Notes: generated from the letters alone by a model not told the origin. A stretch of 64,000 bases of DNA from Mustelus asterias (GCF_964213995.1 NC_135808.1:85994001-86058000); one strand, 5' to 3'. Positions 1-13,002 are shown, counted from the first letter of the stretch. A program made the numbers and translations.

Positions 1-992
1 CGGAGTGCCACAGGGATCAGTGCTTGGTCCTCTGCTATTTGTAATTTTTATAAATGACTTGGAGGAGGGGGCTGAAGGGTGGATCAGTAAATTTGCTGAT
101 GACACCAAGATTGGTGGAGTAGTGGATGAGGTGGAGGGCTGTTGTAGGCTGCAAAGAGATATAGATAGGATGCAGAGCTGGGGTGAAAAATGGCAAATGG
201 AGTTTAACCCTGACAAATGCGAGGTGATTCATTTTGGTAGGACAAATTTAAATGTGGATTACAGGGTCAAAGGTAGGGTTCTGAAGACTGTGGAGGAACA
301 GAGAGATCTTGGGGTTCATATCCATAGATCTCTGAAGGTTGCCACTCAAGTGGATAGAGCCGTGAAGAAGGCCTATAGTGTGTTGGCGTTCATTAACAGG
401 GGGTTTGAGTTTAAGAGCCGTGGGGTTATGCTGCAACTGTACAGGACCTTGGTGAGACCATATTTGGAATATTGTGTGCAGTTCTGGTTACCTCACTACA
501 AGAAGGATGTGGAGACACTGGAAAGAGTGCAAAGGAGATTTACCAGGATGCTGCCTGGTTTGGAGGGTAGGTCTTATGAGGAAAGGTTGAGGGAACTTGG
601 GCTTTTCTCTATGGAGCGGAGGAGGTTGAGAGGAGACTTGATAGAGGTTTATAAGATGATGAGGGGGATAGATAGAGTGAACGTTCAAAGACTATTTCCT
701 CGGGTGAATGGAGCGGTAACTAGGGGGCATAACTATAGGGTTCATGGTGGGAGATATAGGAAGGATGTCCGAGGTAGGTTTTTTACTCAGAGAGTGGTTG
801 GGGTGTGGAATGGACTACCTGCAGGGATAGTGGAGTCAGAAACTTTAGGAACATTTAAGAAGCTATTGGATAGGCACATGGAGTACTTCGGGATGATAGG
901 GAGGAAATAGCTTGATCTGGGTTTCAGACAAAGCTCGGCACAACATCGTGGGCCGAAGGGCCTGTTCTGTGCTGTACTGTTCTATGTTCTAT
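1..992 (+). mobile_element. CR1-clade LINE, 3' part (ORF2 RT C-terminus, 3'UTR, GTTCTAT tail); continues off the left edge
   Basis: ORF 5..910 has RT motifs PQGSVLGP, KFADD and LEYCVQFW; the tail is gttctatgttctatg; nearly colinear with 43119-44116. Confidence 0.97.
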
Positions 993-1056
993 GCAGTGAG
1001 GAATGCTCTGATTGAGGTAGCCATTATCCAACACGATAGTTTTGATGCACCCTACA

Positions 1057-2338
1057 CCCTCACCACGATCACCCTCAACACCGGTGCTCCACAAGGCTGT
1101 GTCCTTGACCCTTTACTATATTCCTTATACACCTTTGACTGTATGGCCAATTCCCCTCCAACTCGATTTTCAAGTTTGCTGATGACACCACCGTTGTGGG
1201 TCAGATCTCAAACAATGACGAGACATAGTACAGGAAAGAAAGAGAGAATCTGGTGAGCTGGTGCGACAAAAATAATCTCACCCTCAATGTCAACAAAACA
1301 AAGGAGATAGACATTGACTTCAGGAAGCGTAGGGGATGGCATGCTCCTGTCTACATCAATGGGGATGAAGTAGAAATGGTCGAGAGCTTCAAGTTTTTAG
1401 GTGTCCAGATCACCTGTCCTAGCCCCTCCATGCGGACACTATAGTTAAGAAAACCCACCAACGCTTCTATTTTCTTAGGAGACTAAGGAAATTTGGCATA
1501 TCTGCTACAACTCTCACCAACTTCTACAGATGAGGTGTATAAGATTTTGATGGGTATAGATAGAGTGAATGCAAGCAGGCTTTTTCCGCTGAGGCTAGGG
1601 GAGAAAAAAACCAGAGGGCATGGGTTAAGGGTGAAAGGAGAAAAGTTTAGAGGGAATATTAGGGGGGGCTTCTTCACGCAGAGAGTGGTGGGAGTGTGGA
1701 ATGAGCTGCCGGATAAAGTGGTAAATGGGATCACTTTTAACATTTAAGAAAAACTTGGACGGGTTCATGGATGAGAGGGGTGTGGAGGGATATGGTCCAA
1801 GTGCAGGTCAGTGGGACTAGGCATAAAATGGTTCGGCACAGACAAGAAGGGCCAAAAGGCCTGTTTCTGAGCTGTAATTTTCTATGGTTCTATGCACCAT
1901 AGAAAGCATTCTTTCTGGATGTATCACAGCTTGGTCTGGCTCCTCTCTGTCCAAGACCACAATAAACTACAATATGTTGTGATTGGAGCCCAGTCCATCA
2001 CTCAAACCAGCCTCCCATCCATTGACATTGTCTACACTTCCCGCTGCCTCAGAAGAGCAGCCAGCATAATCAAGGACCCCAGGTCCGTCGGGGAAAAAAA
2101 TACAAAAGTCTGCGATCACGTAGCAACCGACTCAAAAACAGCTTCTTCCCTGCTGCCATCAGACTTTTGAATGGACTTACCTTGCATTAAGTTGATCTTT
2201 CTCTACATCCTAGCTATGGCAGTAACACTACATTCTGCACTCTCTCCTTGCCTTCTCTATATATGGTATGCTTTGTCTGTATAGTGCGCAATAAACAATT
2301 ATTTGCACTGTATGTGACAATAATAAATCATATCAAAC
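1057..2338 (+). mobile_element. Rex1/Babar-like non-LTR retrotransposon, decayed 3' fragment, split by a CR1 insertion
   Basis: Frameshifted peptides TLNTGAPQGCVLDPLLYSLYT, KFADDTTVVG and WCDKNNLTLNVNKTKE..DFRK; ends aataaatcatatcaaa; same family as 15243-15762. Confidence 0.85.
1533..1891 (+). mobile_element. 5'-truncated CR1 3' end nested in the Rex1-like element
   Basis: EVYKILMGIDRV...FFTQRVVGVWNELP with a ttctatggttctatg tail; the host reads ttctacagatg|caccatagaaagc when the insert is removed (ATG duplicated). Confidence 0.9.
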
Positions 2339-2535
2339 TTCAAAGTCATGCTTGCATGGTGAGCAAACGTCTCAGGCCGTTAGTGACAGCTGGCCCTAGA
2401 GGGGAATCCATGCTAAAATTGCACAAGTTGAACCTCAGAAATTCAATGAATACAGATTCAGATCATGGCGGCAGGTCTACATTGCCATGATATAGGAATG
2501 TAGTGCAAATGTCTATGGCTTCCTTGAATTGCATA

Positions 2536-3430
2536 TTAATAAATTGGACTTACAATGTCGAACAAACACGTAGACACAGCATTATTGTCGATATGCAAGT
2601 CATGTACAGTCTTCGTGAAAGTGAAAGAATCCATCACCATATATGTGAAATACTCGCTCAGAACTGGTTGTAACAACTCACTGAACCATTTGGCCAATTC
2701 ATGTTGTGCTGTACTACTCATAGATAAGATTGGGCAAGATAATGGGATATCAATTTTGTGTGTCTTTGGCAGCCGATACATATGTTGACATAGTGAACCA
2801 TGAGGATGAACCCTATCATATACACCCCAAAGCAGCATGTTACTCCTATACTAGTCTAATAAATATTTTCGTAATTTGCCTTTCAGCAAGGCTGTCTGGT
2901 CATGCTTGGCAGCAGGTTCAACGGATATGAATTTGGATCCGTGATTAAGAATGGTGTGCATTTTGGCAATATAGTCATGGTTGTGAAGGATGACTATTCC
3001 AATCCCTTTATCCGTTTTGCAAATATCTGTGTCTGGATTGGCCTTGACATCTCGTAATGCGACCAAACTTTTAGGCTGCATGTGAAAGTTGGAAAAGTCA
3101 TTGGGTATCCCACAATATGCATATGCTAAAACATCTAGGCACACATTCAAAGGCTCAGCATTTTTGTTGCACACTGTTGCTGATAGTTAAGAGTAGAAGT
3201 AGTCAAACTGCTCAAATACCTCATCCCGTAAGAACAACAAAATTGAAGCCATGCATGAGGACAAACTCCTTGCTTTAGGGGAGTACATGATCAGACAGAT
3301 TCATTACATGTTTGGTGGCATCATTAATTGCACTGCTAAAATGTTTCTGTTTGAGTGCATTTACAGTGCAGGCCTCTTTCAAAGTGGGTATTGCTTATGG
3401 TGCAGTCATCTATTGAGGCAACAATGGATC
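2536..3430 (-). mobile_element. Penelope-like element, decayed RT region
   Basis: Minus-strand peptides KTDKGIGIVIL..DY, YRLPKTHK.DIPL..ILSM and DSFTF...FDIVS resemble PLE RT motifs (KADKG, LPKIHK..PLRPI, SFDV.SLF). Confidence 0.8.
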
Positions 3431-3609
3431 AGATCGAACAGTAAAATAAATTTGCGCATGTAAACGAGTCATTGGGTATGGTGTAGATTAGTAATCCAAT
3501 AACCAATTTGTTCAAACTCACTCTGCACAACCACTCACTCATGGACTGTGTCTCACCATATACTTGGAAATGAACACTGGCACAATCTTGGGGTTTAATA
3601 CATTCAAAT

Positions 3610-4105
3610 TCAGTAGATGACATTAAACAACATGTCCCTTCAGCTGTTCATAAAAAGCAGAGTGCTGACCATGCTCAACTAACCCTTGCTTCCAAAACTC
3701 AGAACATAATATCTAACATTAGATGTGATTGGGTGATACTTACTAAACAATCTCAAGCATGCTAAGAATTACACTAACAAGTTTAAGATTATCAGTCAGG
3801 TTCATAATGTAGCTCACTTACACTTGCTAGAAGCTACATATCATATTTGGGGCCTGTTCTCTGAAGGCAAAAAGAATATGTACAGACATTGCATATTTTT
3901 TGAATAAACAACAGCATGGGGGACAACACCTCTCTGGTGCATTTGTTATGGCAATGTCACGACCATTCCGAGCTGACTTGCCAACCAATCTGCACCCCTT
4001 TTCTCATGCAGCATAAATTGTTCTCTTTAAAATTTGACATTCCTGCTTCTGTCCTGATGAGTGCAAGATGAAAAGCTTTGACAGCATGTCTCTTTTCAGC
4101 ATTAC
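3610..4105 (+). mobile_element. Penelope-like element 3' end (GIY-YIG C-terminal remnant and terminal repeat with hammerhead motif), inverted relative to the RT part
   Basis: Decayed IKQHVPSAV...FKIISQ..NVAHLHLLEATY...QKEYV; CTGATGA..GAAA motif at 4054-4073. Confidence 0.7.
4049..4084 (+). ncRNA. Minimal type I hammerhead ribozyme motif (PLE-associated)
   Basis: ctgtc-CTGATGA-gtgcaagat-GAAA-agct-TT-gacag: stem I ctgtc/gacag, intact core, palindromic stem III. Confidence 0.6.
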
Positions 4106-5154
4106 TTAAAAGTTTCACATAAGAAACAGGAGCAGAATTCGGTCATTTGGCCCCCTTGAGCTTTGTTCGCCATTCAATAAGGTCTTGGCTGAACTGATTT
4201 AGGCCTTAACTCCGCTCTCATAATTTAAGTATTAACCAAGAGCAAATTGTACATTAAATATAAACACAGGTACATTTCTATAGCTTTACACCTCACCTTG
4301 GGCACGCATGTAGTATCAAAGAGCAGTCCAAAAAGCTTCTCACAGGTCTCCAGCTGAGCTCATTCACTCTCTACCAGGCCAAGTCAAATTGGCCAGTGAG
4401 CGTCAACAACCACTCCACTCCCACCGTGACCTCTGGATGTAATTACCATCAGCAATGCACACCTTGACAAATTCCTTTTTCCCTCAGTTCACAACAGTTC
4501 TGACAACTCAGAATTCCAGAGATTCCTGCATCCAGTCCCTTTAAATAGTTTAGAAAGCTCAAATAAAACTGTATTTCTGACCCATAGGGAGTTCTACTCC
4601 CCATCATTGCCTACAGAACAGAGAAGACCCGTTCCTGGGAGAGTTCCACAAGCTTTTCCTCTGTTGCATGAGCTTCTGTACAAGGTGCTAAAGCCGCAAC
4701 ACCTCAGTGGGTTTCTATCGCTTCTCAAGTCTCATCCATGGGCATATCTCGAAAATTAGTTGTTTATCAGGAATTCACTACTCCCTTCAGAATTATCTGT
4801 TTTACTTTTGAGTTGAAGGGACATTTTAAAACAATCATCTGACAAATTTCAACATTCGTGACATTTTAATCATCCTTTGCTGATTTCTAAAACTTGCCCA
4901 GTCTTCTGGCCTACTACTAAATCTTTGCAGCGTTGTATGCCTTTTCTTTCAATCTGATACTATCCTTAACTTCCTTAGTTAATCATAGATAGTGCCTCTT
5001 TTCTTGAAGGAATATATGTTTGTTAAGAATGATGAAATATCTCCTTAAATATCTGCCACTGCTTCACTACCATCCTAACTTGTGACCTATTTTCCCAGTC
5101 CACTTTAGCCAAGTCTGTCCTCATTCCTTTGTAATTACCTTTATTTAAGTTCAG

Positions 5155-5960
5155 CGGTGACTGTTGGAACAATTGTTTTTCCTGATATATATTAACAACC
5201 TGGATCTTGGTGTTTAGAGCACAGTTTCAAAATTTGCAGATCATACAAAACTTGGAAGCATTATAAACAGTGAGGAGGATAGTGTAAAATATCTAAAAGA
5301 CATGGGCAAACTGGTGGAATTGGCGGACAGGTGGCTGATGAAGTTCAATGCCGAGAAATATTAAGTAATTAATTTTGTTAGGAAGAACATAGAGAGACAA
5401 TATAAAATAAAGGATACAACTTTAAAGCCCATGTAGGAGCAGAGAAACCTGGGTATGTATGTGAATAAGTCAATGAACATGGCAGGACTGTTTGAGAGGG
5501 CATTTTGAAAAACATATATCCTGGGCTTTATGAACAGGGGCATAGAGTACGAAGGCAAGTTTAACTTAAAACACAGTTTGGCTTCAGCTGGAGTCTTTTG
5601 TCCAGTTCTCAGCATCGCACTTTAGGAAAGAAGTGGCGGCATTGGCGAAAGTGCAGAAAAGATTCACGAGAATGGTTCCAAGGATGAAGAACTTCAATTA
5701 TGAAGATAGATTGGAGAAGTTAGGACTGTTTTTCTTGGAAGGCTGAGATGGGATTTGATTGAGGTATTTAATACCATGAGGGATCTGGACAGAGTAGATA
5801 GGGAGAAAATATCCTCACTCATTGAGCATTGAGAACAAGAGGACACAGATTTAAGGCAATTTCCAAAAGAAGCAAAAGGGATGTGAGGAAAAACATGTTC
5901 ATGCATTGAATGGTCTGGAATGCACTGCCTAAGCATTCCAGACCATTCAATGGTGGAGGC
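5155..5960 (+). mobile_element. Old CR1 LINE RT fragment
   Basis: Decayed SKFAD.TKLG, W.MKFNAEK and LEKVQKRFTRM motifs with many stops. Confidence 0.8.
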
Positions 5961-6699
5961 AGGTTCAAAGAACAAAGTAAAGTACAGTACAGGAACAGGC
6001 CCTTCAACTCTCCAAGCCCGTGCCGACTGAAGCATTCAACAGGGAATTCTACTTCACAATCAGCCGTGGTGGGATTCGAACCCTGGCTCTGGATTACTAG
6101 TCCAGTGACAATATCACACTTTCTATCTCACTTTCCATCTTGGTTCACCACCCCCCTCCCCCCTCAACCAGGGCCATCTGTTACATGTCTCATATTGTCC
6201 TTTGACACTCTGCTTACATTCTACCATTTACACATTCTGATCTCTTAATGTGCCACTATCAGCACCCATCCATGATCACCACCATTTAATTTCCTTTGTC
6301 TTTTTGTCTGACATCTTTGCCAATTACTGCCCCCCTCTCCCTTTGCAGTATAAATCTCGTGCTTTTTTTGTCTTCAGCTTTGAAGGGTCATCCAGACTTG
6401 AATTATTGGCTCTATTCTCTCTCCACAGATGCTGTCAGACCTGCTGAGATTTTCCAGTATTTTCTGTGTTTGCTGGGGGGAATTATACTTATCTGAAAAG
6501 GAAGAATGTGCAGGGTTACAGGGAGAAGGTAGCTGGGATATGGTACAAAATAAATTGCTCACTTGTCGAGCTCATGCAGACAAGATGAGCTAAATGGTTT
6601 CCTTCTTGGGCAGTAACAATTCTGTGACCTTCATACCTATAATATATTGCTTCAATCCAAGAATGATTTGTGATTTTACACTGTATTGTTGACTAGTTT

Positions 6700-7365
6700 A
6701 CTGGATTAGTTTCTTGTAGGAGGAAAATCCACTCCAGGGTTTCCATGTGTTTTTGGCAAGGTTCAGAAAGTTTTTTTGGCGTTTCTTGAGAAACAAAGTT
6801 ACTCGTTCAGCCAAACTTCGTATAACTACAAACCCATCAGAGAAATACTTTATTTGGCACTCGGTGATAAGAGGGGACTCCCTTGTGTGAGCTTTTATGA
6901 GGAGTGCATTATTCCAAACATTAAATTGTGGAAAGTCCGTCACAGGACAAGTGCCCAACAAAAATCAAGCTGATTTGGTGACTCGAAATGCGTTTTTCGT
7001 ACCTTTGTTACACCTCTTAAGACGATTTGTTTTCTCTGATCAGTTATATATCGAAGCGAAACTGACACACTTCCCTCCAGGCTTAATTGCAACACAACGA
7101 AAATTGCTGGTTATAGTTTCATTCCGAAAGTTAAACAGCATTCTGACTAATTTTATGTTGTAAATGTGACGTCTTATTTGGGAAATCATTGCTCTGAGCA
7201 AAACAAGCAATCTGCAACTCTCGTAGTGTCACTCCTCAGCTGCCCCTGCATCTTCAGATGATTTTGTTTGATGAATTACTGACATTTTGAGTTTGATGAC
7301 AACGAACCGGCAGTAGCCGCATCATATCGCCTTGTGAAACCAAAGGGAGAGAAAGCCAGAGGCGC
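6700..7365 (+). promoter_or_regulatory. Putative intronic promoter/5'UTR of the PDE4B short isoform
   Basis: Repeat-free and locally CpG-richer, directly upstream of the short-isoform ATG; CRE-like TGACGTCT 7167-7174; kB-like GGGGACTCCC 6873-6882 and GGAAAGTCCG 6930-6939. Confidence 0.55.
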
Positions 7366-7584
7366 ATGATGAAGGAACATTGTGGTCTGACTTTGGGCTG
7401 CTCGAGTAATACTGATATGGACACTGTGCAGGAGTTGAGCCCTGATTACATGCCTATGTGCTTGTTTACAGAAGAATCCTACCAAAAGTTAGCCATGGAG
7501 ACTCTGGAAGAGTTAGATTGGTGTTTGGATCAACTTGAAACAATACAGACCTACCGGTCAGTCAGCGAGATGGCTTCAAACAAA
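7366..7584 (+). CDS. PDE4B: PDE4B short isoform (PDE4B2-type) first coding exon; 7472-7584 is also the shared UCR2 exon of long isoforms
   Basis: MMKEHCG...[47 protein letters not shown] matches the human PDE4B2 N-terminus as I recall it (MKEHGG...[47 protein letters not shown]); donor AAA|gtaaga at 7584/7585; internal acceptor ttgtttacag| at 7471/7472. Confidence 0.96.
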
Positions 7585-8044
7585 GTAAGAAATTATTCAT
7601 TTTTATATGTTTTGTGCATGATAAACTTAAAAATGCAAAATCGCTGAACTTTGCTAAAATTTCTTCGGCATATAATATTTTTGGTTTATATTTTCCCTGT
7701 TATACTATAGGTGATGATTATTTTTGGTAAGTGCCTGATAAAGGTTTAATTTTAAAACTCTTTACGTGAAACTATAACCAAATTTTTAAAAGTGCTATAT
7801 ACATATTTGCTGGACATTTTGTGGCAGTGACCTACTAGTGTTCCGAAATAATGTTTACCAGATTTACATTTCATTATTAAAACTTCAATTATTTAAAGCT
7901 CTTAATCAAATAATACTTCAGGAATATAGAAGAGAACATGCTTATATATCACAATAACTTTGATCCATTAACTGCTCACAATTAAGTATATATTTTGAAT
8001 AGTATCGGATTGAATTACATTACAAGGAAAACGGCACTTGATTT

Positions 8045-8480
8045 TAAAAAAAATCTTCCATGGGGTGCAAGACTTTCTGGCAAAGTCAGCATTTGTGGCC
8101 CACCATTAATTGCCCTTGAGAAGGTGGTGGTGAACTGCTTTCTCGAACTGCTGTAGTTCATCTGGTGTGGGCACACCTGTAGTGCTGTTAGGATAGGAGT
8201 TGCCGGATTTTGATCCAGTGGCAGTGAAGGAATGGTGATTTATTTCCAAGTCAGGATGATGTGTGACTTGGAATTTGCAGGTGGTGGTGCCCTGTAAGTC
8301 TGCCACCTTTGTTCTTCTGGATGGATTTGGAAGATTCTGTCATAGGGCCTTGGCAAGTTGTTGCGGTGCATCTTGCATGGGGTCCACACTGCTGCTGCAG
8401 TGAGTCGATTGTGGAGGGATTGAATGCTGAAGATGGTGTATGGACTGCTTTATCATGGATGGTGTTGTTGAGCTTCTTGT
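8045..8480 (-). mobile_element. 3' fragment of a second CR1/L2-type LINE family
   Basis: gcccttgagaaggtggtggtga..ctg 3' region shared with 12130-12300, 34220-34590 and 63120-63300. Confidence 0.7.
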
Positions 8481-9899
8481 TTTATATGCTTTGACAACAG
8501 TTTCAAGTCTTTGTGTATTTAACAGCTGGGCAACAACAGTTATTATTGTGTTTTGCAAAAAATATCTTTGGAGAATTTGCACAAAGTTGTATTCTGATCT
8601 TAAATCTTTCACTCAAGTTAGAACAGTGCAAAAATATGCCCCATCCACAACGTCTGAAAACCATGCCTATTTAACCAATATGATATTTTAAAATTTCAGT
8701 GTAAATTATCTTGTGGCTGTCTGAGCAAAATTATTGAATTAGAGGATTTCTTATGCAATGAAAGTAGGAACAAGATTGAAACTACCCAAACTAATTCCAT
8801 GTGGGACTATTATAGTCAGGAAATGAAGGACCCTTTCATTTAAATCATTGCAAAGGGCTCTTTTGCTTTTATATTAAGGTAGTTTCTGCATCCATTTTCA
8901 GACTTAACACCCCCCCCCGCACCAATGGCCATATATACATCAACATTAGGGCAAAGGTTTCCAGCATTTTACTTGCTAATGAATGAAGCTGCTCTACACT
9001 GTGATAGTTTTTTATTCATTGTACAAGCATTTTCCAGTTGCTTAATGCATTGAAAACACCTGAGTATGTGGAAACAAGCACGTGTGCAGTTTATTTAGTG
9101 TTGCAACTGTTCCACTAACTTTCGACCCAAAATGTAAAGAGAACAGATTACTGAGCACAAGAAATTAAAACAGAATAGCTTCTAATTGAACTTTTCCTGA
9201 TCATGTAACATATATGCACCATAACAGACAAATGAATTACTTCTATATGTCATTTAGCATTGCTGGCATATCAATTCATTATCAAGCAACAAATCAGAGA
9301 TAACAGTTAAGGTTGCAAAGATAGTTTAAAGCAAAAGATTATGCTAATATGGATTAATTTGCCAACAAACTGCAGCAGTTATATACATATCACAATACCC
9401 ATGGCTATTTACGTCTAGTATATATATTCAAAGCTTTAGAAGTTGTAGTGTAGAATATTAGAATGTAAAAAATCAAAACAAGAGTAGGCTATATGGCTTC
9501 CCTAAACGTAATCTGTCATTCAATAAGATCATGGCTGAACCTTTACATTAACTACTGTTTTCGCGTCCTATTCCTAGTTCTTTGGGGTAGAGAGATCCAA
9601 AGATTCACAATGCTTTGAATGAAGACATTTCTCCTCATTTCAAATGGCTGACCACCCCCTGCAATCTTAAGACCAGACTTTCCAATGGGGAAAAACTCTC
9701 AGCATTTCTTTAATGAGATCACCTCATTGCTTGCTATGCCTGCATGTTAATTTACTGTGATTCATAAACAAGGATACGCAAATCCCTCTGAGTCCCAATA
9801 TTTAATAATGCTTTGAACTTCTAAAAAACATTTTCTTTTTCAATTTTTCTTACCAAACTGGATAATTTCACCATTCACCGTTGTACTCCTTTTATACTC

Positions 9900-10640
9900 C
9901 ATTATAATGGTAAGAGGATATTAGCGACCAAGGTGACATTAGATAATAATAGTTAAAAGTAAAGGCATTATATCTGAATGCACTAAACATTTATATTCAG
10001 ATAGATGGGTTAATGGTACAAATGAAAATAAGTGGATTTGATTTTGAAGCCATTACTGAAAATGTGATTGCAGCTTTCCCTCGGTTGCAAAATAAATATT
10101 CGGGGGTACTTGACTTTTTTAGAAAAGATAGGCAAAATTGAAAAAGATAATTAAAAAATGAGATAAAGACAGTAGAGAGAAAAAAAATCATAGTCCAAAA
10201 AGTTAGAATATAGAATCAATATGGGTGGAGCTAAGAAATAACAAAGGTTTAAAACACTCGTGAAAACAGTTTGAAAGTCTCCAGCAGTAACTAAAGTGGT
10301 AGATAGAGTATAAATCAGGAAATTAGAGGACCGTGTAACAAAGGAAATTCAGTAATCTTCATGTAAACTGGGCAAATTGGCAGAAAAGGCTTGGCGGACG
10401 TGTTCATGGAATGCAATCAAGACAGTTTTTGACAACAGTATGTTGTGAAACCTAATCGGGAACAAGCTATTTTAGATCCAGTATAATGAGACACAGTTAA
10501 TTATTTCAGTAGTAATCTTATTGTAAATCTTCCTACGGCAAAAAGTGATTATGATGTGGTAGAATTTCACATTAAGTTTGAGTGTGTGTGTTTAAGACTG
10601 AAACTGAAGTCTAAAATATAAACAAAGCCAATTATGGAGG
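9900..10640 (+). mobile_element. Old CR1 endonuclease-region fragment
   Basis: Decayed ALYLNA.NI, AITE, FRKDRQ, ESIWVELRN and AILD motifs. Confidence 0.7.
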
Positions 10641-10689
10641 TATTTTACATCTAATTTTACAATTTATCTTGGCGAACATGCCTCTCATA

Positions 10690-12125
10690 CCTCTGTGATT
10701 GACTGTTTAAATTTAAAGCCCTAGGTTTGGATCCTTTACTGTAAGATTATTAATTAACTCTATCTCAATTCACAATATTAAATCTAAAATAGCAGAGTCC
10801 CTAGTTGGTTCTGCAACATACTTAAAACTGTCTCAATGATTCCACTCCAACTGGTGTTACTTCCTAGTTTAAGTTATATTGGTTCTACATCATGATTTTG
10901 TGGACCATGATCCTTTGTCACTTCCCTCTTTATTTCAATCTTTACTATCAGGATTATCTCACCTCCTTTTCCATTTTGGCTAGCTTTCCTAATTGTCAAA
11001 TATCCTGGAATATTTACTTCCCAACTTTGGTCACTCTGCAACCACATCTTAGTAATGGTTGCTAGTTCAAGCACATTTATCTCTACTTGTGCCATCAATT
11101 CATCTATCTCATTACAGATGTTTTATGTATTCATAAATAGCTCCTTAAATGTTTTACTGTGCTCCCTGATGTGGCTTTAATCGCTAATGTTGTATTACCA
11201 TTGTTAATCTCTGTATATGTTGCTGATACAATTTACATGATTTAATCCAGATGACTGCTCTGCTGCACAACTTGACTATCTTCTTAAAAGATTCTTCTTT
11301 ACGTGAAGCATCATTCCTTCTTAGCAGTCTGTAGTCCTATCTACTACCCTGGTTATTCAATTCACAAGGACACTAGTTTAAGCCTGCTTAAGTGGAGTCC
11401 ACCCCAACGGAACAAGTCCTTCTTGCCCAGCTCTGATGCAAGCACTGCATGAATTGAAACCCCTGTCCCACTCACCTCTTTTCTGTCATGCATTTAAATT
11501 TTTAATCTGTCCCTATTCCAAATTGTACACAGCTCAGTATTATTCCAGAAATTATAACTTTTTTACTTTGTATCTGAGCTCCTCAAACCCATGCAACAGA
11601 ACCTTATTCCTAGTTCTACCTTTGTCATTGGTTTCTACATGAACTGCAACAACAACTTCCTCTCCATCTTTTTCTAGCCTCAAGGAGACATTGACAGACA
11701 ATTCAACTTTCAGTGCTGCTAGTCATGGCTACAGGGAGCAGTGTCTATCTCCTGAATATACTGCTCACTACGACTACCACATTCTCTTTTGCTCTCTCCA
11801 TTTGAATGGCTTTCAAATGGAGAGAGCAATCTCATCCACCCAAAACCTTGTTCTCATCCACACTGGTAGCAAGTACCTCATATGTGTTGGACAATGGCAA
11901 AGGCTGAGTCTCCAATACAGCTATAGCTGAGGCCTTCTCACGTAACTGAATCGCAGCCACATCCTCCCATCGCTGACCATGAAAGTTTAAACCAAATCTA
12001 ACCTCATGAATGTGACTGCCTCCTGGGTCAAAACGTCAAGGCAACTCTGTTCCTCCCTGATGCATTGCAATTTCTGCACCTTGGACTGCAGCTCAACAAT
12101 TCTGAACTAGAGTTCCTTGAACTAT
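10690..12125 (-). mobile_element. Old CR1 5' fragment (ORF1 esterase remnant, ORF1/ORF2 junction, endonuclease)
   Basis: ORF 10874..11098 (ITKMWLQ..WEVNIPGY..RK..GKGG); minus strand 11373-11430 reads GKKDLFRWGGLHL followed by cttaaactag. Confidence 0.7.
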
Positions 12126-13002
12126 AGATCCTTTTAATTATTTCACGGTATGTGGCTATCACTGTCTAGGTCAGTATATATTGCCCATCCTAAATTGCCC
12201 TTGAGAAGGTGGTGGTGAGCTGCCTTCTTGAACCACTGTAATGTGGTGTAGCTACACTCACGGTGCTGTTAGGGAGGGAGTTCCAGGACTTTGACACAGC
12301 GGATTATTACAGATGTGACTGCCTGGTTTCACGCTGCTCTCCACAAACTCTCAGATGATCCAAATATGACATTGGCATTTTCATCTAAATTTGTATATTT
12401 AATGAACTAAAGTTTTACAGAATGGTAAATTCATTTGGTATCTAATACGGTGCATCAAAGTGAGCAGGAAATTTTGAGGGCTTTAGAATTCTGTGAAAAG
12501 ATAGACCATAATATGTAAAGGTGTAGCAGTCTGGAGCCTTTTTTAACCTGGATTGGAGGTTTTATATACCTGATCTTTGGCAAGAAGAAAATGTTTCCTT
12601 GACATTTTAAGTTGAGTGTGCTCCACAAGCTTTTCTTGGCTTGAATATTATCCGTTCAGAAAATATAAAAGTGATTAAATTGCACGGGGGCCTGAAAGGG
12701 GATTTAGTAGTGTATGTCATAATAATAAATTATTTTCCAAATTTTATTTGCTTGCCCATGAGCACAAAATGTAGTTGAAATGACATTCATTATATCAGTT
12801 CACTACATCATCTATATAAAAATAACGCATGGCTTCTGTTTATCCCCATATAATAACAAAGTTTTCCAATAATTTTTAAGTGTAAGATAATACATTTAAA
12901 GTTTTATCTGAGATGAGAGTAGTACAGTTGGGTGGAAAATCCAAATAATATTTCAGTGTGGTTAAAATAAAGGATAAAGGTAACCATGACTCTGTTTTCA
13001 AA

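Noticed and set aside
7585-7647. ORF-track extension VRNYSFL... (likewise 48221-48334 and 61465-61485)
   Set aside because: PDE4B similarity stops exactly at canonical GT donors; the extensions are intron read-through.
9900-11150. Large inverted repeat or hairpin from opposing CR1 endonuclease fragments
   Set aside because: Both fragments are heavily and differently decayed; I could not see extended complementarity.
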